Source of the DNA: Takakia lepidozioides
Taxonomy: Eukaryota; Plantae; Bryophyta
DNA length: 64,000 bases
Direction of reading: 5' to 3'
Assembly (NCBI GenBank): GCA_030704615.1
Contig: CM060731.1
Span: 25,296,001 to 25,360,000, forward strand
Made by a program: the position numbers and the translations under genes. The notes under the pieces are model-generated. The model was not told the origin of the DNA, did not search any database, and was given only the letters and a program-made list of their open reading frames with translations. Shown here in pieces: positions 12,572 through 27,110 of this stretch (the stretch's first letter is position 1; every line of letters begins with the position of its first letter).

Positions 12572-15500
12572 CTAATACACATCCTCCCTGCGCTCTCTTC
12601 GATCCTCTCGCCGCTCATCTCTCCGTCGATCTAAATGTGCAGAATCTGATCTACGGTACTCCTTTGACAAACTGCGCACCGGGGAGCGACTTCGATCCCT
12701 CCCCTCTCGAGCCCACCGTGAACGCAGGGGGGGGCTGATTAGCCGGCGATCAACCCCTCCTCCTCTGGGGTCCCCACGATCCAGACTTCTCTTATCACGA
12801 TACCGATCCTCTCTCTCCCTGTCCCTAAAGAAGCCACGTTCAAAAGGCACCCTATCTAATGGAGCTCCCCGTTCTGAAGGACCTCGCCCATCAAATCGTT
12901 CCCTATCACGGAAGTCCTCTCGATCACGGTAGTCATCCCGGTCCCTCATATCCCTGCCAGGTCGGAAGTCCGACGGCCTGTCTCCCCCCCGGGGCGGTGG
13001 CCCATGGTCAAATTCATTAGGACCACCATTTCTCCCCCAGACACCTGGCGGGCCGCCAAATCCACTTGGCGCTCTGCCTAGCCCACGGCCTCCTGCCATT
13101 GGGCCAAGGAATGGAGGTGGCGGTCCACGGAATCCACCCTGTCCAGCACCACTGCCCCCTCCCATTCCCATTGGTGCCATGTCTCTTCGTGGTTTGTTGC
13201 AGTTATTGCAATGGGTTCTCCTTGCAAAATTGAGGTTGCCACAGCTGCAGAAGTGGCACAACAAGCCTGTTGGTCAGTCTGTCCACTAATCAGAGTTGAA
13301 ATAACCGTAGGTCTTGAGGGCCCACTTCACCTACACTACACAGCCACTTACCTTTGCGACTCTTAAGAGACAAGACATTTTCACGAGTTTGAATTGTGTC
13401 AGATCGTTTAGGAGATTGCAGTGCAGACAAAATCACATGTTGACTGCCCATGATACAGCTCGAAGTCAATACGTAAGTTCATTTCAGCTGCCCCTCCCAG
13501 TAAAAAGAACACTTTTAGACACCCAAATGAAAAATCAAGAAAAGCATGCCAACTTCTGCACGAGGTGTCCCTGTAAATGGATCATGTGAGACACAACCAA
13601 CTCAAAAGTAACAAAAGCATATGCATATGTTGGTGCAGCCAATGCAGTCTGACTCACTTCCAACCACATAGAAATCAACAGCACAATCAGCAGTCACATC
13701 TTACAGTAAGCCTTATCCGCATCAGCATCAACCACACAAACACAGCATAAAAACAACATCAAGTGGCCACTTAAACAACTCACGTTGGCTCTGAGCATAT
13801 CCAGTCCCCTTCCCTGGGAGTCACGTTCGGGTTGTTGCGACCGAAGCTCTCTCCGCCAGGAGGGAATTCATCAGGTCCCCCTCCAAATCCTCCCCCAAAA
13901 CCTCTTCCAAAAGGCGGCAATCCCCTCCCCATTCCTGGAGGACCTGAGGCTGGAATAGGAGGAGGCAGTCGATCCGAATATCTCCCACGGCCTCTCCCCC
14001 CTCGGTAACCACCTCGTGGGGGGGGTCCATCCCTGTCGTACTCAGATCCAAAGGGTTCTATGCGCCTGTCACGAGGGCTAAGACTTGCGTCAAGAATCGG
14101 AGGATGACCAAGTGACACCTGGATTTTGCTTCCTTTGAAGTCATAACCTGGTACACAAATCCAAAACCAACAGAAATTCTAAGGCACACTGACACAAGGG
14201 AAACCAATTCTTTTGAGATGGCATTGCACAAGTAGTGCTCATACTAAGGAACTGGTATCACCCTAAGAAGGGACATCAGATCATGTGAAAGAGAAGCAAC
14301 CATAAACAATCATCTGTAATATTCACTGCAAAAGACAGTAAGAGTTCATCCCCATGTCCCTGTGCCACTTGCAGTGTATGGTAAGTTAGACATGGTGCTT
14401 GCACAAATTTCCTTAATTACCTGATCTACTCGGTGCCTTTTACTGAGCTGTATTAAGTGTGTGCTGGACGGAATGACATACAAGAGCAAAGTACACCATG
14501 GCAGGAGGAGTGCTGAAAATTTGGACCAAACATTCCTACACACCCTCTGAGAAGAAACATAAAGCTGTGATGATAGTTGCCTTGGGCACAGTACAACCAC
14601 AATTACACCAACAAAGGGCAGTGAATATCAGGTCCTGGTCATACCATTGAACCAGTTGACTATGCCAGTGGCAGATCGAGGGTCATCCAGAACCACCTCA
14701 GCTTCTCGGGCCCCTGTGCCCTTCTCTCTGAAAATCTTGACCATAGGTGCTCCAGATTTTCGATCCACCTACCATTCAACCCAGACATGCACCAAATCCG
14801 ACCTTGACCTTAATTGATGGTGAGATGTGAAATACACATTAGTTTCAACACTTCCCAAGTGCTGAAATACTTTACATATGACCACCTATTTCCTTACTGT
14901 GCAGGAGACTAACGTGCCTAGACAGGCCTGCAGTAGAGAGTTGGCAGAAGAACTCAGTACCACCTAGTCATAACTATAACCCATGCATGCAGGGCTTCGA
15001 ATTGCTGATAGAATATACCACAAGCCTTAACTTATTGTTGTCCACTCTCCACATATGGACAAATAGAATTCATCTACTCTTCCTGCATGCAACAGGAGCT
15101 AACCTTAATTGCCCCAGCCTCACTGAGCAAAGCAGCAAGGCTTTCTTCTGAAACGCTCTCTGGAAGATTGGATATGCATATAGTATCTGCTCCAGCCCCA
15201 TTGGCTCCTGCACAACCATGACAACCACATCACCCTTGCTTGATCCCAGGCTGTCCGAATATCTAACAAAACTGACATCCAGATGCTGTCCCCGTCAAGA
15301 TCCACCAGTACAACTCGATTTCGATTTTCAATCACTGGACTTCAACCCCATGCCATCAATGGTGAGCAAAATTACACGAGATCTTCAGAGATCCCGAAGC
15401 TCCATGACAGGAGCAGATAGCTCGGGGGACACATGCCGTGTCTCGAATCTGTTCAGGAGAAATCTAATCAAGATTGGAAGTGCTGATGTTAATCTGGGTA

Positions 15501-17141
15501 TATCACAGATTTATGCCATGCCCCAGATTCAAGAATCTGTGGTCTGCTTCGACCAGCAAGTACCGTGTTTACCAGAGCTCCCAGGGACAGGTGAGTGCTA
15601 CAATGGAGACCAGACGAAGGTGAAACTTTCTTGCCAGTAGCTCGTGGCCACCAGCTATCCATGCTCCTGAGCCCTCAACCATCATGTAAGCTTCATAACC
15701 TCAGAACAAGGTATTCCTCCAAGACTTCCCCATGTATGTTTTTTCCAAGAAGATGGAAACCCCTCAGATTTTTTTACTGGCTCTAAGTTCATCAGTGCAA
15801 GCATCCGGATGGCTGTCCAAGCAGTTACCCATTACCCGAAGTCGACAGAACCCAGATCACTCCTTTACAACCACATCTAATGGCGACATTCGCCTGTGCT
15901 GAAAGCTTCTAGCATTTGAAAGATGTTGTACATGTGCAAATGTGGTCTCTAGCAACCCGATATGGTAGAATTCTGACATTGCTGAAGAACTATTAAGCAT
16001 TCCCCTTCCCCCACTATAAGCTCAAACAGCAACCTCCACCAGCTTCCAAAGCCATGATGACTCTTGAAAGATCGCCCAGGCCCTGGCGTTGGTTTTCCGG
16101 TCCAGACAATACCAGCTCTGGGCAACCCCTAGCTTGCCTCATTGATCATGAAAATCCATCAAAACACTTAGTCCATAGATTTTCCCAAATTTATAGTGCA
16201 CAAAAGATCCATGAAAGGGCTGGGATATCCATGCTGTCTCAGCCCAACCACCTGTTCTGGTCAGCTGAAGGACCCTTAAACCAAACCTACCCCCGAAGCG
16301 TAAGGAACCAAGTGACATGGAGATTATTATGTCCACCGTTATCCACTTGTTGTCCTGACACCATAAAGGCCTTGCTTTTGTACGAGGGACGTCACCGAAT
16401 ATCGCATGACCAAACTTCACCGCCCGTGCGAAACCGCATTGGCAAGAAGTAGAAGATGGACAGAGAATACCATGCTGCAGGCAAAGCTATTCAGAGAGAT
16501 CAAACCAAGGTTAATGGTTACGGAAGAACATCACATACGCACTCTTCATCCCCTCTAAAAAAGAAGAACAGAGGCTTGTAGGCAGGTTATGGTTAACTGC
16601 CGGTTCCCAAACCATCCCATGATGGAGTCATTGCGAGATGCACTGCGGGGCGCAAGGCTTACCAATGGCTACGAGAGCCCCCACGGTTACCAATCCCATA
16701 AAGCAGAACAAAAGGCACACCTGCAGAGCCGTATCTGTCCTCACGGTCATAGCGTGCACTTCCACCGCCATCACGGTCGCGGCCTCCTTCATTCTGGTTA
16801 AACCCTCCGTCCTTTCGGTACACAAGGCTTCCAGTCTCTCCCACCCGAGCTGCCCCTATATGCCCATGTCCATTCCGATCCGCATAGCCTTCTCTGTCTC
16901 TATCTCTTTCTTTGTCTCTGTCCCGTGCTCGATCTTTCTCTTTCTCTCTGTCCCGTTCCTTGTCTCGTTGTTCGCGCTCCCGGTCTCTATCTCTATCACG
17001 CTCTTTATCCCTGTCTCTGTCGTGATATGCATCACGGCCGCGGCTGCCCCTTTCAAAGCCATCTCGGCTCCGGCCATGGTGCGGCGGATAATCTCTGTGA
17101 TGCGGATGCGCTGGAGTGAAGTGCACCTCTCGTTCCGCCAT
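12572..17141 (-). CDS. FET/TAF15-like RNA-binding protein: RD/RE-rich N-terminus, RRM, RGG boxes, RanBP2-type zinc finger, R/D-rich tail; exons 17141-16721, 15207-15104, 14768-14645, 14147-13784, 13244-12572
   Basis: RRM ICISNLPESVSEESLAALLSEAGAIK-VDRKSGAPMVKIFR..WFNGYDFKGSKIQVSL. Zinc finger [26 protein letters not shown]. GT-AG introns with matching phases. Confidence 0.9.
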
Positions 17142-18283
17142 GGCCTTTCCCCCGCAGGTCTCTCTGTCTAGAAACCTCCTTTCCTCAACAGAGTCCCGCT
17201 CTTCACCCTGCAGACCTCGTGTGCCAAAAAAATGTCCACTATCGACACACCTCGAAGTGATCAAGCTTCTAACCTCTGCCACCTACCTATCCCTTCAGTA
17301 CAGTGGGCAAACAAACGTCAGTGCCTCGTCCTTCCTGAAGAGTGCTTGATATCACTTCACATTCAAACCTTTTTCTTGCTCTTGCACTCGTAATCCTCAG
17401 ACGAATGGGCCCATTCTCAACTCACCACACGGTACAGACTATAGAGCCTCGCCTGCTGCACCGCTTGCATGGAATTTCTCAGCCGAGGTTCTTTCCTACG
17501 GATGCACAACACAAGATCCAGAATCAAGACCTTCCACAAAGATTGCCAGGGTCTTGCAGACCTAAGGATTGCCGATACTGGGAAGCCTTGCCTCTCAAAG
17601 AATCCTCAACTGCTATGTGAGCAACCATAGCCCCCCTCTCTCTCTCCCTTCTTCAACCCGTAACCTTCCCCCGTCTTTTACGAAACTGTTCCTCTGACGG
17701 CTGCGATGCATCACGTTATCAATCTGACGGCCAACACTATGCCACGTGGACGCTTGGGCGGGTGGCTCACAACTTCCGACAGAACCCTCCCTACATCTCC
17801 GTCGTTGCTTCCCCGCCGTCAACGGCTCCAGATCATACCTACAACCGCCTATCTGACCTGATCGCCATAGATGACCATCTACGGACACATCCATCCATCC
17901 ACCCAACTCTCATCCACAACGCCATGTGGCACTCAACCACTCTGTGTCAACGATCTGTGGGTCTGGGGTTCGATCCCCCGCCGTCAATGAAGGGGGCTTG
18001 CGTGTCCTATCGCGTTCCCAGTTTTAAGACACTATTATTAACAACAGTGAGAATGGGAAAGAACAAGATGGATATCGTCCAAAGACAACGACTCTCATCC
18101 ACATCCAAAGCGCCACGTGGTAGGAAGCCCTAAAATTTTCACAGTAAACACTCAACATTGGTACCAAAATGGTCTTCGAGAAAATATTCCTAATTTAGGG
18201 GGCTATAATCTAGAATTAAGTTTTCTGCACCCACAATACTATTCAGATGGATGGATGGATGATGGATGGATGGCGTAGGGGAC

Positions 18284-21200
18284 TCAAAAGGGTTGGTGGT
18301 CGAGGGAGGGGTCGGAGGGGGGCAAGGGTTTCCAGTGGGGTTTGGTGTCCCAGTAGACGTCGTACCAAATGTGGCCCGGTATTTTGTCCATCACGCAGCA
18401 CCATATTCCCGTGTATGTTTTCACCCTCCGCACGAACTTCTCCTCGGTTTTCTGTACATCCGTCATTTCCCATTAGAAAAAAGCAAAACTATTCATGAAT
18501 ACGGTATGTTTCTTTTCACTTTATATACTCTGCATTTGATTGGGAAGACAATAGGAACCAAACAAGGGCCTTCATCACCTTTTCGTTAAAAAACAAACAA
18601 AGAGGAATTTGTTTTTCTTTTTCTTTTTTGTTTAAGTTAACAGGGGGATTGAAGCCCTGGTTAATTTATTATAAGAAGAACTTAATGGACGCGTAATATT
18701 GCATAATGATCCCAAATATGGTTAAGATCATAGTGATAGTACAACCTTCATAAGGGTAATGCTGCCCACCTTGTTTGAGAAGCCTCCAAACGCATGGACC
18801 GATGATGAGAACTCTATTACTTTGTAGTCTTTGTAGGCTGCAAACGTTGCCTTTAGCTGCACACCACAAAACCAGATACAAAGGAAATTTGAGTTCAATT
18901 ACATGAAAATTAGATCAACAGGCAGGTGTGATGCGCGAAAGAAAACAAATAAAACTAGGCGTAGATATAAAATTAAGGCCTAAACAAAATTGATGAGGGC
19001 ATGCCTGGTTTTCGGTGCTATTTTTCGGGAGTTTTAAAACCGCAGAGGTTGCATTGGGCTTCCGGCTGCAGCCTGTCGAACCTTCCTTGCAGAGCTTCAC
19101 CTTCAATTTGGACTTCTTCACCTGAAGGCATCATGCAGACCAGGGACATGGTGAAGGCACTTGCTGAAGCATTAATAAGGTTGAAGGTCTCTGAATGATT
19201 TTCATTGAAGATGGGATGCGTGCCGCACACCTTACTAGGCACTCGTGAATTCTCAAGGAATGAATACTCGCGGAAATCGATGGGCGGACCAAACTCCTGG
19301 GCAGGTAATTTCTTCAACATCGAGTTGATCTGCAGGGAAATCACTCTCACATCATCACCTCATACTTGAGAGTCTAGAGTAGACAGACCGACCCAGACAA
19401 ACAAGGTGGGGAGAGTACCTCGAACACGTGGTCAAGTGGACACAAAAATGGTTGAGTGGTTTTGGTGCCATAGAGAACGCCTGGGAATCCATACCACATG
19501 CGATCAAATCTGCACCACAGGGGTGGCATTATCTGCATGCACCATCAACCCATTCAGGAATGTGTCTATCCCCCACCTTTCCCCTAAGGTCATTTCCACT
19601 CCCCATTGGTTTGACCTTCTCCATCAGAGCACCATAGGAAGTGTTGGAATGAACTGAGCAGTCGACGCTTTCTGATAAATGAGAAAGGGGGGGAGCACTT
19701 TCAGTGGATGATAGTGGACAAATAAATATAAGCAAGATGTCAGGTGCATGGATTTACCAAAGTACGGTTCAAAATTGCTGCCATAGCAAGTGCACTCCGG
19801 ATTTGTATCAACTGCCAAAGATAGAAGGTGAAACTGTGAGCCCTTATAACAGAAAATCTTACTGTCAATTTTATGCACATATTTAACTGACTAACGAATC
19901 ACACTTAGCACAAGCCAGATCATGAAAGAGGAACAGAAGTAGGGCAGTACTTGAAAATTGACCAAAGCAAAATGGGTCTCAAGACTGTGCTGTCCCCCAC
20001 TCAACAACTCCTCAGGAATGGATGGCTTGAATGTAATATAGCCACCTGCAATAATGGTAAAAAGATCATAAAGAAATGATGCTGTCAATAGACTTTGTTC
20101 GATTAGTCTTGCCAGAAGATGTCCTCTCAGATATACAGACTAGAGAGACACAGACACAGAGAGAAGCCTAGCCTTGAGAGCAATCCCCACAGGATACCAA
20201 AGCTTCTCAAGTTGGTTGTGGGGTTTTACCCCACCTGCATAGGACGCGTAGATAAAATTGACCTTGTGGCGACACCTATCATCTTACAATCCTGCTGTAA
20301 CCCTCTAACTTAATAAGAATGTGACGTGTTTGTACTGCAATAGTATGGAGCACTAAGGGAAAAAGGGTGCCCTCTGAGTGGCACCAATGTGGGTATCTGT
20401 GCAGGTGAGGGAGAAAGAACAAGAGAAACCAATTACATACACGGCAAGAACCTCTGTAAGATTCAAGGAAAGCACAGACAGACTTACCTGGTGTGTCGTA
20501 ATACTCAGGTGGGTCATAAAACAGTTTGCCCTCCCGAAGACGGTGACGTTTGCCTTCAGTGGCACCAAATTGAAAGGTGGTATGAACAGCATACGGTAGC
20601 AAATCCAGCTTCTTGTACAACTCCTGTGCTTTAATACATACACACCGGCACACACAAGCCCAAACATGAAATGAGTATGGCGACCAACCGATCTATGGAC
20701 ACACAAAGACACGATAGCAGAAAGCAGCCTGCATTACTGTATCAATAGATCGGCTATTACCTGTACAAAGTAAGTGTGCCCACTGCAGAAGAGACTAATA
20801 GGAAGGACGCCCAATTTCAGCTCTCCGTCGAAAGCATAGAAAAGACCACTGTCATCAACTGAGGGGCCCGTCTTGTTGCGGACCAGGTCGTTGAACCCAT
20901 TTTGATCCCAGATTCCATCATCAGCCAAGAGTTGTTCCTTCCACGTCTTTGCAAGGGCTTTTGCTGCCGGTGTCGGACGCCAAAAAACTATTCCTATATT
21001 ATAAGCACCATAAGCTGCATACCCATAATCAGCATCAAAGGAGTGGGATATTGCAGGCCCCCAACTAAGTCAGACTAATTTCAGAAATTAACAGCAGCCA
21101 TGGAGGTGCCAAATGGCTGGGTCATTGTCTGGATCCAACAAAAAGTGGGGTCCACAGTGGATCAATTCATTTTTGATAAGGGACTCAAAATGGCCAATCA

Positions 21201-24200
21201 GAACACATGCAAATCTCAAGGAATGAGTCTTGACTGTAAATGTTCGATGTTGCCTGATTCACTCTAGGCACAGCAGTGTTATAACTCCGTGTGGCTTGGC
21301 ACAGATGATCAGGAATGAACTTTCAGAGAAGAGAAAAACAGTGGTGCTTACATCGATCCCAGACCTCCAGCTTGTCATCATCCACTGTGTTCACCACCTC
21401 GTCACTGGAGGTCAATACATCTGCAGCTGGATACCTCTCGAAGTATGGCAGAGGGTTCTGTGTCAACATATTGAAGTGTCAGAGAGACTGGTTCATCCAG
21501 CCTGAGTCATCTAATACATGGCCAAAAGGCTATAGCAAGTGCGATTAACTGAGAAATCATCTGTTCTCTTTTCATCAGTGCTGGGTGCTCAATTATGCTA
21601 TATCTACTACATATCATAAATTGCCAGACCTTCCAAAAACAGTTGATCCCCTCTTCAACAGATTGTCATTGCAATGCACAAGCACTAAGGCAGTTTTAGG
21701 TGTGTTTCAATGCCCTCATGCACGCTCCTCAAACACAAGAAAACAGGCTATACCTGCAAAAAGACCATGTCGGTGTCGCACATAAGCAGCTCATGGTCAA
21801 AAGAGAGGAAGGCATTGACTAGGATTACTTTCTCGCGTCCCATCTTATGGAACTTTGCTGTGCCCCAACCCACATCACTCGTGTCCATGTGACTACGCAT
21901 GTCAAACACAGGTACCCCCTTCCAAAACAAAGCCTCCAGGATCTTTGTATCCATTGCCCCTGCCAAATGAATGTGCAATCCAACCAATATTATTAGCCAA
22001 CCTCTTATTTTACTGGCATCCCTACAGTACACTAAAGCCGAGTCTATAGAGCCTGACCAATAAGCTACCATCAATGCACATAACTTTCAGGTTCTCCAGT
22101 TCTCCCCTGCATGGAAAGCTTGTGGACAAATAAACTTTCACATCACAGACTCCAGATATTTGAATATACTGTGACCGTGTTACCCCAGATCAGGAAGAAC
22201 GAGCTATCTTTGTGGCAGGATTGAAATTTGACTCATCTCTGCATCTGCCTAGAGTGTATAGCCTCTATAGCCTCAATAAAAGAAAAACACACAGTGAATG
22301 TCTTACAAAGGGATAGTTTCCATACCAATAAGAATATTGTACACTTCATAGCTGGTCAGGTGCTTCACCCAGTTGAGTACAAAATCCATAAACGCAAAGT
22401 TCGCAAATGTAACGACGATGACCTTTTTCTCTGCCCGAAACTCGATCATCTCTTTTGATAATGCGAACGACTCCATTGGTGGAATCTTACTGTCTGGGGC
22501 TGGCACTGTCCAGATGGGCTGCTGCAGTACTGCATATGACCCAAAATGCATCTCACCATTCTCACCTGGTTTTGATTGCTCATCTGCATCCTCCACTGTA
22601 TTTACTTTGTCTTCAGATTGTGCAGCTTCCACAATGGTTATCCCACCATCTTGGGTGTTTCCTCCTTTCCGGTTTCGTTCTTCCACCTGTCACCAATTTC
22701 AGAACAAGACTGTCAGAGACGCCAAAGAAGACAAAGATAGAGACGACATACTCTGCAGCTGGTAGTATGCAACTCAGCCTAACACACTCACACTGGCAGC
22801 ATCAGTCTGGTTTCAGGTGAATTGAGGGTTGATTTAAATGCTGGCCATGACACCATACGACAAAAACATTGTGCTAGCACTGTTAGTGTAGCCCTCCACC
22901 CAAACACAAATACGGCTATGATTGCACTGACATAACATGGGAGGGACAAAGAAGAGAGTGAGGGGTGCTTGATAGGCAACCCAGACATCCGTGCCCCAAC
23001 TGCAATGGAGCAGAAACTGCTTTTCACAATGCCAGCTCATTCAACACAACTAGTTCTTTAGTTCGACGGCCCTGATTCTCAACTACTCACACATTGCTAG
23101 AAGAGAACTGGCCACCAGGTCCTGTCACCTTCAGGTGATATGTCAGGCGCTCTTTCACTGAAGGAGCCCCAAAATGCCATGTGAAGAGCCAGTCCCTCAC
23201 AAGACTTACAAGGTGTAGCAGATACAAGCTAGCGAATTCCACAATTATGGTCGTAAACTGTGAATACCTTAGTGCTCACAAGCCTGGAAACATCTTCTGA
23301 CGCATTTGAAGCCCCCTTCTGGACAACTCCAGTAGATGCTGCATTTTTTTTCAATTCATCAGCTTTCTCCTGAACAACGAGTTCATCCTTGCTCAGTTCT
23401 TTCACAGGCTCTGCAGGTGAACCCACTTTTCGACCAAAGTCTACACCTGCAAGTATCGACATTCAGATCAGAGTACAGATTTACAAGGACCTTGGCATAC
23501 CAAAGGAAACCCAGCATTACATAGACTCACTGAGTAGTATGGTGCATGATTAGCAACAACCATAACAACCCGGTTTCTACTAATGAGGTTTCACATACCG
23601 AATGTCATGATCTGAGGTTTCCTGCTGAGAACTAAACACAAAAACCCTCTATTTTTAATGTAAGTCCTCTTGGTTCTACCCACTTACTGGAGTCAGTTCT
23701 ATCGCTGGCCTATGAAAGCAATTGTAGCAAATCCGGTTGGCTAGTCCATATCCATTTGGAAGGCTAATAAAGCTCTTAAAGCCTTCCTTCTGGAGTCAAA
23801 ACAGCATAAACCCCATGGATTCATGGAGGACAGCTAGAGCAATCCCATAATGAGATGGTGATCCAGTGGGAGAGCTGTATCCTGCAAAATCCAGTGATAA
23901 ACCTACGAAATGACTAGAAGTTACACTGATAGGTACAGTTGTAAGAGAGTTCGATGGGTGCTGCCAACTCACTCAAGAGTCAGGTCTCCAGTCAGGTACT
24001 GGACAATGTCCACAGAACATTATCATTCTTTGACAAGACAAATGTCTCACATAGCAATTTGTAATCTACATCAGCGGATCTTGTAGAATGAGAAGACACT
24101 GGACCACTAAAGCAGGACGGTCTTGAAACCGGGGGCTACTCTCTGACTTGGACGGATTCTCTAAACGAAACACCGTTGGTTGGCACTTCGGTGCACAGTG

Positions 24201-25041
24201 CACACCACGACTGACTGCCATCTCTGAGTCTTGATTTCCGTCCAAAATTATTACAAGGAACAGCTTAGGCATGGACAAACATGCTTGCACTCCTGTCCAC
24301 TAGTGGATGGTCCTTTGCAAAGAGAGTTAGACTTGACGCCAGCTTCTATGGCCAATCTGGTCTGGTACTGATAGGTACCTGACACTCTACTTGCACTAGG
24401 ACTGAATTGGTAGAGTCGACATTGTAGGAAACTTTAAAAGTTGATCTTAAAGAACGGGATTCCCTGTTACTTTTGAGACATTATTGTGGGTTTATGCACT
24501 TGCAACGATGCATTACTGTAAGGACTACCTCCTGTTTTATAGCAGATCTTTTGCAACAATTATGCCTCACCCAGTCAAGGAACAATTCATTCTTTCAAAA
24601 GCCATCGTGCACAAGCACTCGATGTCATCACTCTTCAAAAATTCAGCTGACCAACAGCACCCCTCTTTCTAACAGCTCCCTGCTGAGAGCGTGGGCCAAT
24701 ACGTTCTGCCAGCGACTACTAAGCCTACCCCTCCCTCTCTTATGCTAATTGCAGAGGTAGCTCTCAGATTGGAACTCAAATTGGAGAGCCCAAGATTTTG
24801 GTTACGGTATATCAATGATCATGATGGGGTACAAGCAAGGTGAATTTGCATAAGGAAAATTGTGTGGGTTCACACCTTTCCCATCCTCCGGTTGTGCAAC
24901 CGCCTCCAGCTCAGGGACGTTGGAAGCTGCGACCTGCACTCTGTCCAAGACCTCCCAATACACCGGTTTGCCAAGATAGTATGAAAGCACCACGACCAAC
25001 ACCAGTATGCTCAGTTTGGCGCACAGACGCAAAGGTTTCAT
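18284..25041 (-). CDS. XEG113: Arabinosyltransferase XEG113-like (GT77 nucleotide-diphospho-sugar transferase), multi-exon, N-terminal membrane anchor
   Basis: IVVTFANFAFMDFVLNWVKHL, GAMDTK, WGTAKFHKMGREK, LMCDTDMVF, NPLPYF..YP.ADVLTSSD, IWDQNGFNDL, FCSGHTYFVQ, YAVHTTFQFGATEGKRHRLRE, F.CPLDHVFE, REYSFLEN, and the C-terminal GIWCC..PGHIWYDVYWD.KP.WKP. Confidence 0.93.
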
Positions 25042-25942
25042 CGTGAGTTACGAACGACGTACTTCTGCGGCATCTGCACAGGGCATTGTCAAAAATCTGA
25101 GGGATAACCCATCAAATCTATGGTCATACGCGAGACTGATCTCACCCACCTCCTAAAATTCAGCTCTAAGCTGATTCAAGTGCTGTATCTCACTGTCTCA
25201 CTCCACCCATAGAAAACAGCTCTACACTCCCTCTCCCCAGGAGATCAATGTGCAATTTTCCAGCCGGAAATATGATTTAGGAAACATAATTTTAGGGTTG
25301 TGACGGAAACGCTGGCCAGAGAGCGAGGAGAAAGTGGAGCGATGTCTAGCCCGCTAACGTTGGCGATGGCAAGGGCCCAAAGCACGCTTTTCCGGGGACT
25401 CGGAGACCTCCATCACCCCCCTAGAGAGGACCTCGGAGAGAGAACCCTGACAGGGGAGAAGACCCTGTATCCATCCATGAATTTACCTAAGCATTCCTCC
25501 TATTGATGTTGAAGGAACCTCGAGGCCATAATTCCGTTGTGGAGAAACCAATTCCTTGCAAATCTTCCTGCATTTCAAACATTGTGTCCTAGCGCAAGGT
25601 GGATCCGTCCACAAATCTCTCGTTTTGCAAAGTCCAACTTTGAATGTCAGTCATGTAGTGACGACTGATGACCATCACATGTTGTTGAGTGAAGGAAGCA
25701 TACATGAAATTTCAAACGTTTACTATTTGAACCAGTGCCTGTCTGGGTGTTGTGTACACGTTGACGACTGGGGACAACTCACTCTCATCCTTACTCATCA
25801 CCATCAAGACCAAATCCATTGAAAGTGATACTGAGCTCTCCTCTGATCTCAATTTCTTTTTGTATGAAAAAATCTTCAAAATTGTCACACTACAGGGTTT
25901 AGGTGGGGGTTTTTGCAATTGGGCGGTTCTTTAGCTTTTTTA

Positions 25943-26131
25943 AATATCCGCCGGATCCGGATACTTGACAAATTAGAGAATGATATATCCTGCTGATCCG
26001 GATATTAGAATAATCTGCAATTCTAATATCCGCCGGTTATGCATAGTAGAAGTTTTTAAAAATCTGCCGGATATAAATAAGTCCGGATATTCAGATTATA
26101 AAATCCAGCGGTTATAGAGTAATCCAGATAT
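25943..26131. repeat. Cluster of ATCCG(C/G)/CCGGATA motifs, likely subterminal repeats of a DNA transposon or MITE
   Basis: Several ATATCCGCCGG / TCCGGATA motifs in both orientations within ~190 bp of AT-rich DNA. Confidence 0.5.
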
Positions 26132-26351
26132 ATGAATCATAAAAATAATATCTTGTAAATTGAATCACATCATTAACCCAATGTTGGAGAAATCGCAAAG
26201 TTTTAAGCAAAAATACCATGCTCAGGGCATGTGCAAAGTACTTTACATTAGAAATCCATGCCTCTCATAAGCCGACCGCCCATTCATGGGGTCGGCCAGA
26301 ATCTGAAATTTTTCTTAAGTCCTTTTGTTCATCTACCGCAGCCGACCTTCT

Positions 26352-26510
26352 AGCGGACTGGGCAGACCTTCCAACAGACCGACTCCAACCTTCGAGCGGA
26401 CTGGCAGACCCTCCTCCAGCAAACCGACTCCAACCTTACTCCAACCTTTGAGCGGACTGGCAGACCCTCCTCCAAGAGGCCGACTCCAACCTTCGAGTGG
26501 ACTGGCAGCC
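26352..26510. repeat. ~44-bp tandem repeat (AGCGGACTGGCAGACCCTCCTCCA..CCGACTCCAACCTTCG), ~3.5 copies
   Basis: Direct repeats visible in the sequence. Confidence 0.85.
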
Positions 26511-26878
26511 TTCAGCAGTATATATTTAATAGCACACATTACTACCACAATACAACCCGACAGGATTTAAACACCAATCCTCATGCTTATTGTTCATTGC
26601 TCTTAACCACCACACTACCCACCACTTCATGCAAACCTTTGAAATAACTAATGCTTTATTATTTGCATATTGTGGGCCCCAACATACTAGCTTATGTGTT
26701 TTGTGGGGCTCAGCAAACTGGCCCGGGGGTCCTGGTAGGCCCTCCCACCCTCCATGACCCCCTCAGCCACACGCGCCCCGCCACAGCCACACGGGGCATT
26801 GAAGATGCTAATATTGTTCAAGGAGAGGCGAAATCCATATGGCAGGTACAAAATTGTTTAGATTTCTGAATGGCAAAG

Positions 26879-27110
26879 TCAGAGTACTCTACTCTTCTTC
26901 TTCAAACAAGCCAGCCTCCCCAATTCATCGTCACACTCCTCTAGCAACTCAGCTTCTGCATAATAGTATTCTGAAATTGATTGCTTAGCCAGTGGGCAGC
27001 CCATACGTGCATCACTTGGCCAATTCTTGTAAATCATAATTAGAGCATCCAAATTTCTAACCCCTAATCTGCAGCGACGTAAACTAGGGAGGACTCCTGC
27101 CACCCATAAG
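26879..27110 (-). mobile_element. hAT transposase C-terminal (dimerisation-domain) remnant
   Basis: VAGVL.SLRRCRLGV.NLDALIMIYKNWP matches the pattern that follows ERxFS in hAT dimerisation domains. The upstream part is missing. Confidence 0.6.

Noticed and set aside
16638-17171. Hydrophobic 177-aa plus-strand ORF
   Set aside because: Antisense shadow of the RD/RE-repeat exon.
17963-17975. tRNA gene (GGTTCGATCCC B-box)
   Set aside because: No A-box or cloverleaf upstream.
26352-26510. CRISPR-like repeat array (also 11279-11420 and 30981-31196)
   Set aside because: Units are contiguous degenerate tandem repeats without unique spacers, there are no cas genes, and the context is eukaryotic.
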